A stretch of DNA of 64,000 nucleotides from Octopus sinensis (lineage: Eukaryota). The notes below the pieces were generated by a model, which ran no database searches, was not told where the DNA came from, and saw only the letters and a program-made list of their open reading frames with translations. Shown piece by piece: positions 1-13,154 of the stretch (position 1 is its first letter; every line of letters starts with the position of its first letter). The DNA lies in contig NC_043007.1 of NCBI RefSeq assembly GCF_006345805.1, positions 75,826,001 through 75,890,000 of the forward strand, given 5' to 3'. The translations under genes were made by a program, and so were the position numbers.

Positions 1-19
1 TCATTAACTGGTTGTTATA

Positions 20-1500
20 TTATTGATGTTATTTTCTTTCAGAACAGGTTATAACATTTTAATAAAACGTTTTTTTCTTTTGCCTTTCTTCCAACCTCAC
101 CTGTGTCATGTAGTTTGTGAAAAGGAAAAATTAGAAACATTTTCTGACCACATGTTTCAATGGAATTTAGCAAACATTAGCATTCTGGATTTGCTGACTG
201 TGAACTCATAAGTGTTCTGATAATGCACTCCCTGTTTCGCCTATGTATAGTCCCTCGTAATTAGGGGCATTTAACACACTAGATCAAATTTCTTCTTTTG
301 CAGTTAATATCTAGCATTTGTGAAAATCTGCCAATTTTTTTGTTCTAATGGATCTACCAGAATGCATGTATTACACTTGGATACTGTGAATGTTTTATCC
401 CGTTTGTTGAACTTTGCCTTTCTTAATAGTTTCTTTAGGCTATGTGGTTGCCTTTTGCTTAAGATAAGTGTTTGATTAGTTATTATGCTTTTTAATTATT
501 CCCTTTGTTTCATGATTGGCAAATTTGTTTTGATGATGTTAAATATGTTTTGGTGATGTGGATTGTGTGTTACTAGAAATGGTATTGTGTTCTGTTGATG
601 AGTTCGTCTTTCTCATGTTGCCCTAAGTTGTTCTATAGGTATCACTTTTGCTCATTGTATGCTATTTTCTATAAGTAGGAAAGAGTGTTTTTGCTTGAGC
701 AGAAATCCTTTGAGTTCTACAAGTCATATGTTCCTGGTATTTAGATCATCTACTATAATACAAGTTTTTCTGGCTAGACAGTACGGAATGTTGCATTTTG
801 TGTATGTTGGGTGGCATGATTTGAAACTTAGGTACTGGTGTGTATCTCTGTACTTTTGTAATGAATATCAGTTGTGAATGTGGTGTTGTTTTTAATTACC
901 ATTATGTCAAGAAATGGTAATTGTGTGTTGCTCATTCCTCTTCTGAATTTGAGACTAGTGGTGTAGATTGTTGAGGAGGGTGCTAAATTGTTACAGATTT
1001 TCTAGGGATTTGGTCCAAATTAGGAAACTATCATTGAGGTATCTTTTCTATGTGTCCTCTATATGCCTTCTAAAGGTCATGCCATAGTTTTCTTCAAATT
1101 TTGATATATGTTTTGTTCCAAGTACCCCAATACTATGTTCATGAAAAACTGGAGCAAATCACATTCCCATAGCTGTGCCTCAAATTTGGAGGTAGTTTTT
1201 TTCCGTTGAAAAGGAATAGAGTGTTTTCAAGGATTAGGCTGACTACGTCTAGTATGAATGTTACAGTAAATCTACTGGGGATCACTTCTCTATGTTTCTT
1301 GACCCAATATTTTATGGCAGTACTTCCCAAATCATGTGGAATGTTCGTATATAAGTTTGTTACATCAAAACAAACTAACAGTGAATCAGATTCTGTTGTT
1401 TTGGGAAGATGTGACAGGAAATCAATCCCAATTGAAACTGGGCATGTGACTACATAGTGGTTTTAGGATAATATCAGTGAGGTTGCTCAGATGATGTGTA
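20..1500 (-). mobile_element. Degenerate Penelope-like retroelement (RT plus GIY-YIG remnants)
   Basis: Minus strand reads FILDVVSLILENTLFLFNGK then, after a frameshift, YLQI*GTAMG..FAPVF (PLE RT motif). A YIGETG-like GIY-YIG remnant lies near 230-260. Many stops. Confidence 0.7.
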
Positions 1501-1633
1501 GGACAAGCTGAACCAGCTATAATAGGTCTTAGTTTAAGGTCTTTTGGTTGTAGTAGTTTTATGTATTCACTATTTTGTTTTTGTAGCATTTACTAAACCC
1601 TCCACTGTTCATGTTACTGGAGTTCATATATGA

Positions 1634-1675
1634 TTAATGGGGGAGAAAAAAAGTCATTTCTCCTCTGTGTACTAC
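1634..1675 (-). CDS. Candidate terminal coding exon of gene 1 (VVHRGEMTFFLPH*)
   Basis: ctacag acceptor, phase 0. Gap-free weak match to the start of the gene 2 last exon (VTTQGPGIIHLPT; V, G, L, P shared). Polypyrimidine tract is weak. Alternative: 5473-5453 (NALRID*). Confidence 0.25.
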   Translation of the reverse strand, partial: VVHRGEMTFFLPH

Positions 1676-2010
1676 CTGTAGTTGTGTGCTTATATAAGTT
1701 ATCAAAACTAAAATGTACAAATATATATGCCAACAGAAAAGAAATGTTATATAATCGCAGGTGTTACAACCAACAATAAGATTTTTTAATGTGATTTTTT
1801 CCCAGTACATCTGCAAGCATTTTTATCTTTAAATAACACTTTGAACATCAGAGATTCTGTTTCCGCAAGTTTTTTTTTTTTTTGATATAAGCATTTTAAT
1901 AACAAACTAGCAATCGAAATATATATTATACAAAACAAAATGTATTAATATACAATTATTAAATAAATATATTCACACATTTTAAATGTGGCTTATTCAA
2001 CTTTAACCAA

Positions 2011-2098
2011 CAAAGTGAATACTCAAAACTTTTTCTTTATGATTTACACATACAAAGTGAATACTCAAAACTTTTTCTTTATGATTTACACACACAAA
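2011..2098. repeat. 42-bp tandem duplication
   Basis: caaagtgaatactcaaaactttttctttatgatttacaca(t/c)a occurs twice, back to back. Confidence 0.9.
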
Positions 2099-2374
2099 GA
2101 AAACAAACTTTATTTGCCACAAATACGACAAACATCTGGAGAAAGATTTCAGGGAATAATCTGGCATTATTTCAAATCACTCTCAGGAACTCAAGGGTAA
2201 TCTTAGCTCTTCCTGAATCTGAATGCAATTTCAAATTACCAGGAGGTAGGCTGAATGGGTAGCAGGGTGGGATCTAAAATCACTACACTAGCATAATTTG
2301 AAAAAAAAAAAAAATCAGAGGTGAATTTACTGGTATGATTGTTTAGTATTTTTTAGGCCTTAGAATACACCTCT

Positions 2375-2772
2375 TTTACTCTTTTACTTGTTTCAGTCAT
2401 TTGACTGTGGCCATGCTGGAGCACCGCCTTTAGTCGAGCAAATCGACCCCGGGACTTATTCTTTGTAAGCCCAGTACTTATTCTATCGGTATCTTTTGCC
2501 GAACCACTAAGTGACGGGGAAGTAAACACACCAGCATCGGCTGTCAAGCAATGCTAGGGGGACAAACACAGACACACAAACACACACATACATATATATA
2601 TATATACGACAGGCTTCTTTCAGTTTCCGTCTACCAAATCCACTCACAAGGCATTGGTCGGCCCGGGGCTATAGCAGAAGACACTTGCCCAAGATGCCAT
2701 ACAGTGGGACTGAACCTGGAACCATGTGGTTGGTTAGCAAGCTACTTATATCACAGCCACTCCTGCACCTAT
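2375..2772 (-). mobile_element. tRNA-derived SINE, family A (CORE-like centre, LINE-like tail)
   Basis: On the minus strand: A box TGGCTGTGAT.., B box GGTTCAGTCCC, CTTGGGCAAGT core and a tail CCAGCATGGCC..GACTGAAACAAGTAAAAGAG. Multiple copies in the window. Confidence 0.85.
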
Positions 2773-3334
2773 GTTATTCCTGCTATTTACAGCATAATAA
2801 ACCATCGCATAGAGGACTGACTACCTTTGAGTTTGTTTAAAATAGAGAGATTAAGACTGCAATAAGATAATGAAAGGAATATTTACTGAGTAAGTGAATA
2901 CTATTAGACAAATAGAAGATACAAAGGAAAGTTAGATGTAACACATTCAGAGAATTTATGCAAATTCAGAATCAAATGTGTAAATATTCAGTGACCAGCA
3001 GCTAACTGCTTACAGTTTGATCTTTCTGCTAGTATACGCAATCATACATTAATGAGAATACATATGTACATTTATATACAAGTAAATGATAAGTACACAT
3101 ATGCATGCACACACATAAATATACAAAAGGAACATATAATATGTGTATAAATAATATATGTGACCATGTTTTCAAATCTAAGTGCAGTCTCTTTCTTTGT
3201 GCCTGTTTGGCTACCACACAGTTATGCTTGGAAACACATACACGCACAAAAATTCATGTACACTTTTATATGTAATTTTCTACATGGTGAAATTTAATTA
3301 TTCATTTTGAATTGATAAAAGGTGTTTTTTTTCT

Positions 3335-3680
<346 letters not shown>

Positions 3681-4299
3681 ACAAACAAATATATGTACTC
3701 ACTCACCATGCAGAAAATTACTAATACATACAAATAGAAAAGTGTATATCTGTATGTATGAGCAGTAATAGGAAATAATTAACTAATATACACAACAACA
3801 GTGGATTGTCAGTAGTAACTTAGTAAATGGTTCATGGTTAAACCATTAAATCAATATACTACAGTTGACTACAAAAAGATGAATGGAGACTACAAAAAGA
3901 TGAATGGAAATGAAAAATGTAAACAAAGCTTCAGATAGATTAAGGAATAAAATTAAGGAATGAAAAATTATAGAAGTGCTATCAGTTTGATGGCATTGAA
4001 AAGATTGACGTGTTTATATGATCAAAAGAAGGAGTACTTTCAGTAATTTTTCCCAGGAGGTTATTTTTGGTGAATAAGATTTTCAACCATATATTCATAT
4101 AAAGTTTGTGCGGTTTGCAGTTTTCCAGTGTAACGTCTCTCTCTCTGGATAAGGCTTTCTATTGGAGGTTCTATGTTATAAATTTCTTTTTATAAACATT
4201 GTAGGTAGCAAGCTAATGAAACTTGTTTGATGTACTGGCATGCCTAAATAAGTATGTAAATAACGTAATGATTTTAAAAATTTGGAGGTCATGCTTACA

Positions 4300-5340
4300 T
4301 AAGCTTGAGAGGTGTTACTGTTGACAATGGTAAAAGGTGCTGGTGTTGTTGGTCTTAAGAGGTGTTTTGATGATGGTGTTAAGAAGTGTTGATGGTCTTA
4401 GGAGGTGTTGGTGTTGATGGTCTTAAGAGGAATTGGTGTTTATACTGTTAAGAGATGTTGGTATTGATGATATTAAAGATCTTGGTGTTGACTGTATTCA
4501 GAAGTGTTGTTATTGACTATGCCATGAGGTGTTGGTGTTGACTATATAGGAAAATGTTGGTATTGACTATGCTAAAATGTGTTGACGTTGACAGTGTTAA
4601 GAGGTGTTGACAGTGAAAAGCAGTGTTGACGGTGAAAAGAGGTGTTGACAGTTAAAAGAGGTGTTGACGGTGAAAAGAGGTGTTGACAGTGAAAAGAGGT
4701 GTTGACAGTGAAAAGAGGTGTTGACGCTGATAAGAGGTGTTGATAGTGATAAGAGATGTTGACAGTGAAAAGAGGTGTTGATGGTGAAAAGAGGTGTTGA
4801 CAGTGAAAAGAGGTGTTGACGGTGATAAGAGGTGTTGATAGTGATAAGAGGTGTTGACAGTGAAAAGAGGTATTGACAGTGAAAAGAGGTGTTGACAGTG
4901 AAAAGAGGTGTTGACAGTGATAAGAGGTATTGATAGTGATAAGAGGTGTTGACGGTGAAAAGAGGTGTTGACGGTGAAAAGAGGTATTGACGGTGAAAAG
5001 AGGTGTTGACGGTGATAAGAAGTGTTGATAGTGATAAGAGGTGTTGACGGTGAAAAGAGGTGTTGACGGTGAAAAGAGGTATTGACGGTGAAAAGAGGTG
5101 TTGACGGTGATAAGAGGTGTTGATAGTGATAAGAGGTGTTGACAGTGAAAAGAGGTGTTGACGGTGAAAAGAGGTGTTGACAGTGATAAGAAGTGTTGAT
5201 GATGATAGGAGGTGTTGTGTTGATGGTATTAATAGGTGTTGTGTTGATGATGGTAAGAGGTGTTGATTTTGACAGTACAATGTTGGTGTTGACTGTTAAG
5301 AGGTGTTGATGCTGATGGTGGTAAAAAGAACTGATGTTGA
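4300..5340. repeat. 19-bp minisatellite (aaaagaggtgttgacagtg) with degenerate flanks
   Basis: About 33 units in the core 4597-5220, with variants ataagaggtgttgatagtg and aaaagaggtgttgacggtg. Confidence 0.9.
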
Positions 5341-5891
5341 CAGTACACTCATAGCTCCTTAGCTAAACAATTGTCAATGATTTTGCATTTGTTTTGTGGC
5401 ATATACTGAATCTGTGTGTTTTGCTCTGATTTACTGTATAAAGAATACTCTCTTAATCAATCCTTAATGCATTCTGAAACAAAACACAAGGCATTTTGAT
5501 GGACTCCTTTAAAATCTATCAACCTTCTAGATTATGTGCAACAATTCTCATGTTCTCTGTCCTAGAATACTTTCTTCTCTTTGCTAGAATGTTACTGCTT
5601 GGGACACATTTTGTCCTGGTACTTGACCACAAGCACTACCTTTGTCTATAATTTTCCTACTATATCATATACTTCACATTTCTTATATATTTCTGTTTCT
5701 ACTATTTTCCTTTTGAAAAGAAAATTTTGTGGATTATAAGCTGAAGTAACTCCAAATAACATGATTCAATCTCTTGCAGTCTAAACATGACCAATGTCAT
5801 ATATGGTTGCTCCAAATCTAAGATAACATAAATGGTGTGACATTTGCAATACAAGAAATAATTATCAAGTAAAGAATAAAATCGAACTAAC

Positions 5892-6011
5892 CTCATTTAT
5901 TGAACAGCAGCACAACAAGGATGAAGAGACAATTGACAAAACGAATTCCACAACCATAGCAAATGCTGCAAGACTAAACAAAATATAGAGTCTTGTTGGA
6001 TTATGATAACG
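5892..6011 (-). CDS. Gene 1 exon, TM4 (RYHNPTRLYILFSLAAFAMVVEFVLSIVSSSLLCCCSINE)
   Basis: tcttctttttcag acceptor and GAG|gttagt donor; 120 bp, phase 0-0. The xEFxLSIxSSxxCC pattern is typical of CD20/MS4A-like TM4. Confidence 0.85.
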
Positions 6012-7306
6012 CTGAAAAAGAAGAAAAAGAATAGTTGAATGAGAAAGAAAGTGACTGATATGATTATCTTGTTACAAAGAAAGTTATTTTCCATGCTTTT
6101 CTAGTGGTATGGGAATTAATCTTGCAAAATTGATATTTTGCTCTTAAAACCATTATGTCAAAATGGTTTAAATGTAGTCTTTTATTGTTTTACTAGTTTC
6201 AGTAATTTCAGTGTGGTCATGCTGGAGTACCACCTTCAAGGATATAGCCGATTATATCAACCTGTCAACTTAAAGTACTTTCACTGGTTCTAATTCCATC
6301 AGCCTCAGATGGATGAAAAACAAAGTTGTTGATCTAAGGAAGGATTTGAACTCAAAACCTAAAGGAACATAACCAAATATCACTACCTGTTCTGTAAGAC
6401 ATTTTACCATTTCTACATCCAGCAACTTGTATATAAATTCATATAAATATTACAGTGTTTCTCAGAGAAAATTTCAGGAAAGTAAAGTTTTATAGAAATT
6501 ATTACAGAGAAGTTTATAAAATGCACACACATAATTCTAACTGTAGGATTTCTATTAGAGAAACTATTGAAAAAATGAAGTAATAATATCCAATTATTAA
6601 TGATTATATTACTGTTCTGCAACATCAAATGATTATCTATTCTGACTATTTCAGCCAAACAATAACACCATAATTCCAAATATCTAAAATTAATTTTTAA
6701 AGTACCCACATTGTCTTTTATGTTAGTTAATGTTAATGCTAATTGGTGTTTGATGAGTTTTGTAATTTAGTTTTTATTTTGTAAAACAGAATTTTGAATT
6801 ATTTAGTCACTGGTTAGCAACAGGTGATATGCACAGTCTGAACACAAATACAAGGCCCTGAAGACAAACAAAACCATAACAAAAAATTAATTAAATGAAA
6901 GAAAAAAAAAAAAATGGGTTTAACAATCTACAAATGCTTCCCATCAAAATTTTTTGAGAGAAGAGTGAGAGGTGGTCAAAAGTTCAATATTGGTATAAAA
7001 TCCTTCCATTACAAGGAAGATGTTAAAAGTTGGGGGAATCATGCCCTTTTTTGAAGAGAGTACAAACATGTGTAATGATTTCTACAAGGAATTAGAACCA
7101 AGTTCTTGAATCAATTCACTTAGAACTTTCAGTACTCACAACTATCAACATGATAGTAAATTTATAATTATGATGAAAAATTAATGTACAGATTAAAAAT
7201 ACCCGGCTTGTCACTGCAGGACTACACAACTTTCACTTTCTCTAATTGATAACACAGAGAGGAAAAATCTTTTATTCTTTTACTCTCCTTCTTCCTAGTC
7301 ACTTAC

Positions 7307-7342
7307 AGATGAACTTATCTACCCACAGAATGGATAGCAGAA
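7307..7342 (-). CDS. Candidate 36-nt gene 1 loop exon with in-frame TAG (FCYPFCG*ISSS)
   Basis: ttgcag acceptor and CT|gtaagt donor; phase 0-0, between the TM3 and TM4 exons. TAG at 7321-7319. Confidence 0.35.
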
Positions 7343-7443
7343 CTGCAATTAATTGGTGTACAATAATTCAAAGAAGACAATTTATTATAGTTCTTGAATT
7401 TAAGTATATAGCTCAGAAAACAGTTGGTTAAAAATACACTTAC

Positions 7444-7533
7444 AAGCCATAATGCATGGCTAGCAAAAGCACCAATTCCAGTGTGTGCAAAGACAGATGC
7501 TGACAAAATGGAAAGGATCATATAGGTAATTTT
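7444..7533 (-). CDS. Gene 1 exon, TM3 (KITYMILSILSASVFAHTGIGAFASHALWL)
   Basis: tttcgtttcag acceptor and CTT|gtaagt donor; 90 bp, phase 0-0, hydrophobic. Confidence 0.85.
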
Positions 7534-7746
7534 CTGAAACGAAATATTAAAGAGTTTTAGTTTTTTGTTTTCAACATATTTATGTGCATATGTATATAAA
7601 TATGCATGTGTGTGTGTATGTGTGTGTTTGTGTGTGTGTGTGTGTATGTGTGTGCATACAGACATAGATATTTGTATGTGACTGTGTGCATGTATGGTTG
7701 TGTGTATATGAGATTGTGCAGGGAGTGTTGACTAATTTTGTCAGTT

Positions 7747-7922
7747 CATACAATTGTCCATTTTGTGGGTATTTATGTTTGAATACTTTACATAAACACA
7801 CATCTGTCTCTCTTTCTCTCTTTCTCTGGGTGGATGTGTATACAGAGAGAAAGAGAGAAAGAGAGACAGATGTGTGTTTATGTAAAGTATTCAAACATAA
7901 ATACCCACAAAATGGACAATTG

Positions 7923-7926
<4 letters not shown>
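7747..7926. repeat. Perfect inverted repeat, 81-bp arms with 18-nt spacer
   Basis: 7747-7827 is the exact reverse complement of 7846-7926. Confidence 0.95.
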
Positions 7927-7967
<41 letters not shown>

Positions 7968-7984
7968 CAGTTTTTGTGAGCCCA

Positions 7985-9328
7985 TGGATAGATAAAAAAT
8001 TCATGTTGTTTATGAATATGAGTCCCGTCGTGGAACCAATGCATCCCAGACAGTTCGAAACATCAATGAGGTGTTTAGTGAAGATGTGGCGAATAAGTGC
8101 ATTGTACATTGATGGTTTGAGAAGTTCCTGTTGGGTGACTTTACTCTTGAAAATCAGCCCTGTGGTAGACCTGAGACCAAGGTGGATAATGATAAGTTGC
8201 AAACTGTAGTACAAGTGGATAAATCTCACACTACATGTGAGTTAGTAGCAAGGTTTTATGTTTCAATTCCAACTGTATTGGACTATCTGAAACAAATCAG
8301 GGAGGTAAAGAAGCTGGACAAGTAGGTACCACACGAACTGAACAAGCATCAAATGACACATCATCTTAAAACTTGCTGCTCTTTGCTGTCACGACATAAA
8401 AGTGAACCATTTTTGCATTGTATTGTTATGCATGATAAAAAATGAATTCTTTTTAAAAATAGCAAGCGTTCTGCATGGTGGTTGGCTAGAGATGAAGTAC
8501 CAAAACACAATCAAAAAAAGAATATTTACCAAAAAAGCTAATTATTGTTTGGTGTCCAGCACTGGTGCCATCCACTACAGCTTCATGAGACCTGGTAAGT
8601 CAATTACAGTAGATGTATACATCAACCAACTGGAGGAAATGATGAGTGAATTCACAATTAAACTACTGAGATTGATCAACAGAGACAAGCCAATTCTCTT
8701 GCAAGATAATGCATGACCACATGCTGCTCAAAGAACGCTTCTCAAGTTACAGGAACTGAACTTGGAAGTACTCTGTCATCCACCATATTCACCTAACTTT
8801 GCGCCAACTGACAATCACATTTTCTAGGCATTAGACAACTTTTTGCAAGGAAAAAATTTCAAATCTGAAGAAGATGCAAAAACAGCCTTTTGAGGTTTCA
8901 TCACCTCTTCATCATCATCATTGTTTAATGTCCGCTTTCCATGCTAGCATGGGTTGGATGATTTGACTGCGGTCTGGCGAACCAGATGGCTGCACCACAG
9001 TCCAACCTAATCTGGCAGAGTTTCTACAGCTGGATGCCCTTCCTAATGCCAACCACTCCGAGAGTGTAGTGGGTGCTTTTATGTGCCACTGGCATGAGGG
9101 CCAGTCAAGTGGTACTGCCAACGGCCACGCTCAAATGGTGCTTTATATGTGCCACCTCTTGTTCTCCAGAATTCTTCACTGCTGGCATAAATAAGCTATT
9201 GATAAAATGGCAAAATTGTATTGATAATTTAGGTGTATACTTTGATTAACTACATTGCTTTCTGTTGAGATAAAGTAAAATAAACTTTTAGTTCGAAATT
9301 GGACATTTCATTCTTAATGACTTGATAT
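7985..9328 (+). mobile_element. Degenerate mariner (Hsmar1/cecropia-like) split by an RTE 3' fragment
   Basis: Remnants GRPETKVDND, *VPHEL, LLQDNA*PH, HPPYSPNFAPTD and PEFF..GINKL..KWQNCID..GVYFD*. Many stops. Interrupted at 8910-9158. Confidence 0.85.
8910..9158 (-). mobile_element. 5'-truncated RTE LINE 3' end with (GAT)n tail; further copies at about 10325-10560, 24735-25081, 29785-30130, 50525-50670, 56650-56880, 58115-58312, 59520-59770
   Basis: Same sequence as the 3' UTR contiguous with RTE ORF2 remnants at 61973-63395. Confidence 0.75.
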
Positions 9329-9764
9329 TTATATTAAGCATTAGTAGTTGTCTAACTTCAGGTCAGCCATGATCTAACAGATATATCATGAAAGGTGCTC
9401 TAACATCACTATTCAGCATGACCATATAGTTTTCAGTATACCTAGGGCTATTTTAACCAATGTGTCCTTCATTTTTAAAGGTAATAGATTGTGATGTGAC
9501 AGCTACTTTTAATACATCAACCAACCATGGATAGATGCCTCATTTGTTTGCAACATATTAGTGCTTATTGTTTCTGTCAAGTATGAGGTCTACTAATGAA
9601 AGACCAGATGAATATAAGAAATTTCTACTGTGTTACTAGCTTTAAGTGGATATAGTCAATATGTATATAATTATACAGCCATTTCAATAACTTTCGCACT
9701 TTAATTAAACTTCAAATATTTTGAACATTGAATAGAAAGGATTAATAATTGTAGAAATATTTAC

Positions 9765-9836
9765 CAGTTTCATAGAGTGAATTGGTGAGATTGAATTTTT
9801 ACCAACAATCATTCCAAATATCCCAACTACCATAAC
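9765..9836 (-). CDS. Gene 1 exon, end of TM2 plus inner loop (VMVVGIFGMIVGKNSISPIHSMKL)
   Basis: gattttag acceptor and CTG|gtaaat donor; 72 bp, phase 0-0. Completes the helix begun by ..GCIASLW. Confidence 0.8.
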
Positions 9837-11627
9837 CTAAAATCATATAAATGTCATATAATAATATAAAACATATTAAAATCAAACAAATATGAAGTTT
9901 ATAAAAAAACGTATGTTTAGAAATAGAAACAAATACAAAAGAATATCTTTTAGTCTTATCTCCCATGTTCCCATAGCTTCAGCAAGAATATAACCACTTC
10001 TTTTGTTTACCTACACTTGTCGATAACTTGTGGTGTTAGCGGTGTTATGTGCTGTGATGAGCTATGTGGTGTTGGTGGAGAGGATTGTAGATGAGGTAAA
10101 AGGGAAGTGAAGACTGCAGGGGCTGGCAGAAGAGCCACAGGGGCATGCATGGACAGGAAGCATGTGTGGTCAGTTCGAGCAGAGACAGCAGCGAGAAAAG
10201 ACATGTTTATTGAGAGTGACCGCTCATTCCGCTGAGCCCAATAGGTAAGGCCCTTTGTATTTCTTTCTCCCATTTGCTTCTTTTTTCTGTTGTCTTTTTC
10301 CTCCATCACACTACATAACTCAAATCACATTCATCATATTAATGCCTGTTTTCCATGCTGGCATGGGTTGGACAATTTGACAGGATCTGATTAGCCAGAG
10401 GACTGTGCCAAGCTCCAATGTCTGCTTTGGTATGGTTTCTACAGCTAGATGCCCTTCTTAACAGCGAGCTCTTCACACATAATGTACTGGGTACATTTTA
10501 CATGACACTAGCACAGGTGAAGTAACCATGTAACTCACAAGACAAAACTCCTGACTGACGGAAGTGGGGGCATAACATGAATCGATAATATGCGTTATAT
10601 TTTATTAATGTTGATTTTCCTATTGTCCTCTTATTGATTTTGATTTGTATTGTTCTTTGAGTTAAAATAAAAAAAAAGGCTGGTAATCATATGTTTTAAA
10701 TCAGAGTTGACTTAGGATGCTAAATGCTCTATTTAAATTTGCATACTTTTAGTATATGGCAATATTTTTGCACATGAGAACAAACAGTCACATTCAGTCA
10801 GCTCATCAATATTTTCTAACATTTCCAGTTAAAATCATTATATTCAGGATACACAAATTTTTTCTGCATTACAGCTAATACAGCTATTACAGCTAATACA
10901 GAGAGTGAATTAAAATTTTTATCAATAGGAATGCTTCAATTGTATCAAAATTGGCATAGTTTTTTTTTAAGAGTTTGTTTCACAACCAAGTTGTGGATTC
11001 AGTCCCACTGTGTGACACCTTGGACAAATTTCTTCTAACAAAGCCCCAGGCCAACTAAAGCCTTGTTAGTATATTTGGTAAATGGAAACTGAAAGAAGCC
11101 CATTGTGTGTGTGTATTTTTGAGTTTGAAAAGAAATGTTTGTTGCCATTTCAGCATTGTCTATTCCATACAGAATGACGTTACTATTATTTTTCAACCTC
11201 AGGGTTCAGCTGGTTAACGATGTCGTTCCATACCAAATAGCCATGTTGAAGTGGCAACAAACATCACTTTTTAGCAGAGTTACTACTTACATCTCTAATA
11301 GAGATGCAAGAACTAGCTACTTTGCATGTTGTAAGATCAGCAGCTGAATGTCGCTTACTTTTTTTATATATTGCGAGCTGGGGCGAATGGCTGCCATTAG
11401 CAGACAGGTGTTCAGTACTGAGGAGGAGCAAATACTCTGAAACCAGGCTGGTCTACTGGTCCTGTCAAATCATTAGATGGTTGGGGTTTACTGCCCTGCT
11501 ATAGTGGACACAGGTTGTGTCATTTACCAACTGGAGGTGTTCTCCTGGGGTTAAAAAATAGTAATAACGTTGCTCCATATGGAACAGTCATGTTAAAGTG
11601 GCCAGAAACATTACCTGTTTATATTTC

Positions 11628-12247
11628 TATACATACATTACATACATACATACATTACATAAATACATTACATACATACATTACATTACATACATTACAT
11701 TACATACATACATACATACATACATTACATACATACATTACATACATTACATTACATACCTTACATTACATACATACATTACATACATACATACATTACA
11801 TACATACATACATTACATACGTATATTACATACATACATACATTACATACATACATACATACATACATTACATACATACATTACATACATACTTTACATT
11901 ACATACATTACATACATACATTACATACATACATTACATACACACATACATTACATACATACATACATTACATGCATACATACATTACATACATTACATA
12001 CATACATTACATACATTATATACATACATTACATACATACATACATACATTACATACATACATTGCAATACATACATTACCTTGCATACACACATTACAT
12101 TACATACATACATACATTACATTACATACATACATTACATACATTACATTACATACATACATACATACATATATACATTACATTACATACATTACATTAC
12201 ATACATACATTACATACATACATACATACATACATTACACACATACA

Positions 12248-12278
<31 letters not shown>

Positions 12279-12464
12279 CATACATACATACATACATACA
12301 TACATTACATACATACATACATACATACATTACATACATACATTACATTACATACATACATACATTACATACATACATTACATACATACATTACATACAT
12401 ACATTACATATATACATACATTACATTACATACATTACATTACATACATACATTACATACATAC

Positions 12465-12506
<42 letters not shown>
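11628..12506. repeat. About 880-bp mosaic microsatellite of ATAC and ATTAC units ending in (CA)n
   Basis: Almost G-free on the plus strand. It produces the HTYI-rich ORFs in the track. Confidence 0.95.
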
Positions 12507-12508
<2 letters not shown>

Positions 12509-13154
12509 TTTTTTTAGAAAAACATATATCTGGTGAAGAAGCTCACTCTAAGAAGTAGAGCAGTCTATATTTATTACAGGTGAAGGCCAGTTTATAAAGT
12601 AATAAATCATTCTGTTAATTCCTTTTATTGTAAGTTAATGAAATATAAGTAACATTTTAAGAGGTAAAAATGATCATGGACTTGTGTTACAAATATTATA
12701 TACATTGTTTGAAATACTAAATTTATGCAGAATTACAATTATCAGCATTCAACAAATTGGCTACCAACTGTCCACTTTGTCTCCTGGGCAATTCTGAGTA
12801 TCTTGTTTATGTCCAATACTCTTTATTCTGTGAAAAATTCTGAAACTTTTGAACCATTTTTATCATATTTGAATGAAACAGATAAAACATTACATTTGAA
12901 AGAGTTGATCTCTGCCATCAGAAATTAACTCTTTATTTCTTGTTCAGGTTTTAAAAAGACCCCCACAAAAACAAAACAAAAAAATCCACCCAATTTTGGC
13001 ACCTGATGACAATTGATGAAATAGTTTGAAAAGTGATGTCATAATTTACAAAGTAAAAAATTGAAAGGGCTCAGGTTAATAGTCCTTAAATATTTTGCCA
13101 TGAATATTAACAGTAAGAAGTGAAAATATTTATTGCAATATAACTTTGATCAGT

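Noticed and set aside
2690-2772. tRNA-like heads with A and B boxes
   Set aside because: They are SINE heads continuing into SINE bodies, not tRNA genes.
4597-5280. 227-aa ORF
   Set aside because: Product of the 19-bp minisatellite cycling through frames.
10007-10309. GC-richer 100-aa ORF inside gene 1 intron 1
   Set aside because: No compatible splice phase or recognisable motif; probably an old LINE fragment.
11515-12558. 347, 312 and 181-aa His/Thr/Tyr/Ile ORFs, and all similar YI/CV/HT ORFs
   Set aside because: Translations of stop-free microsatellites, not genes.
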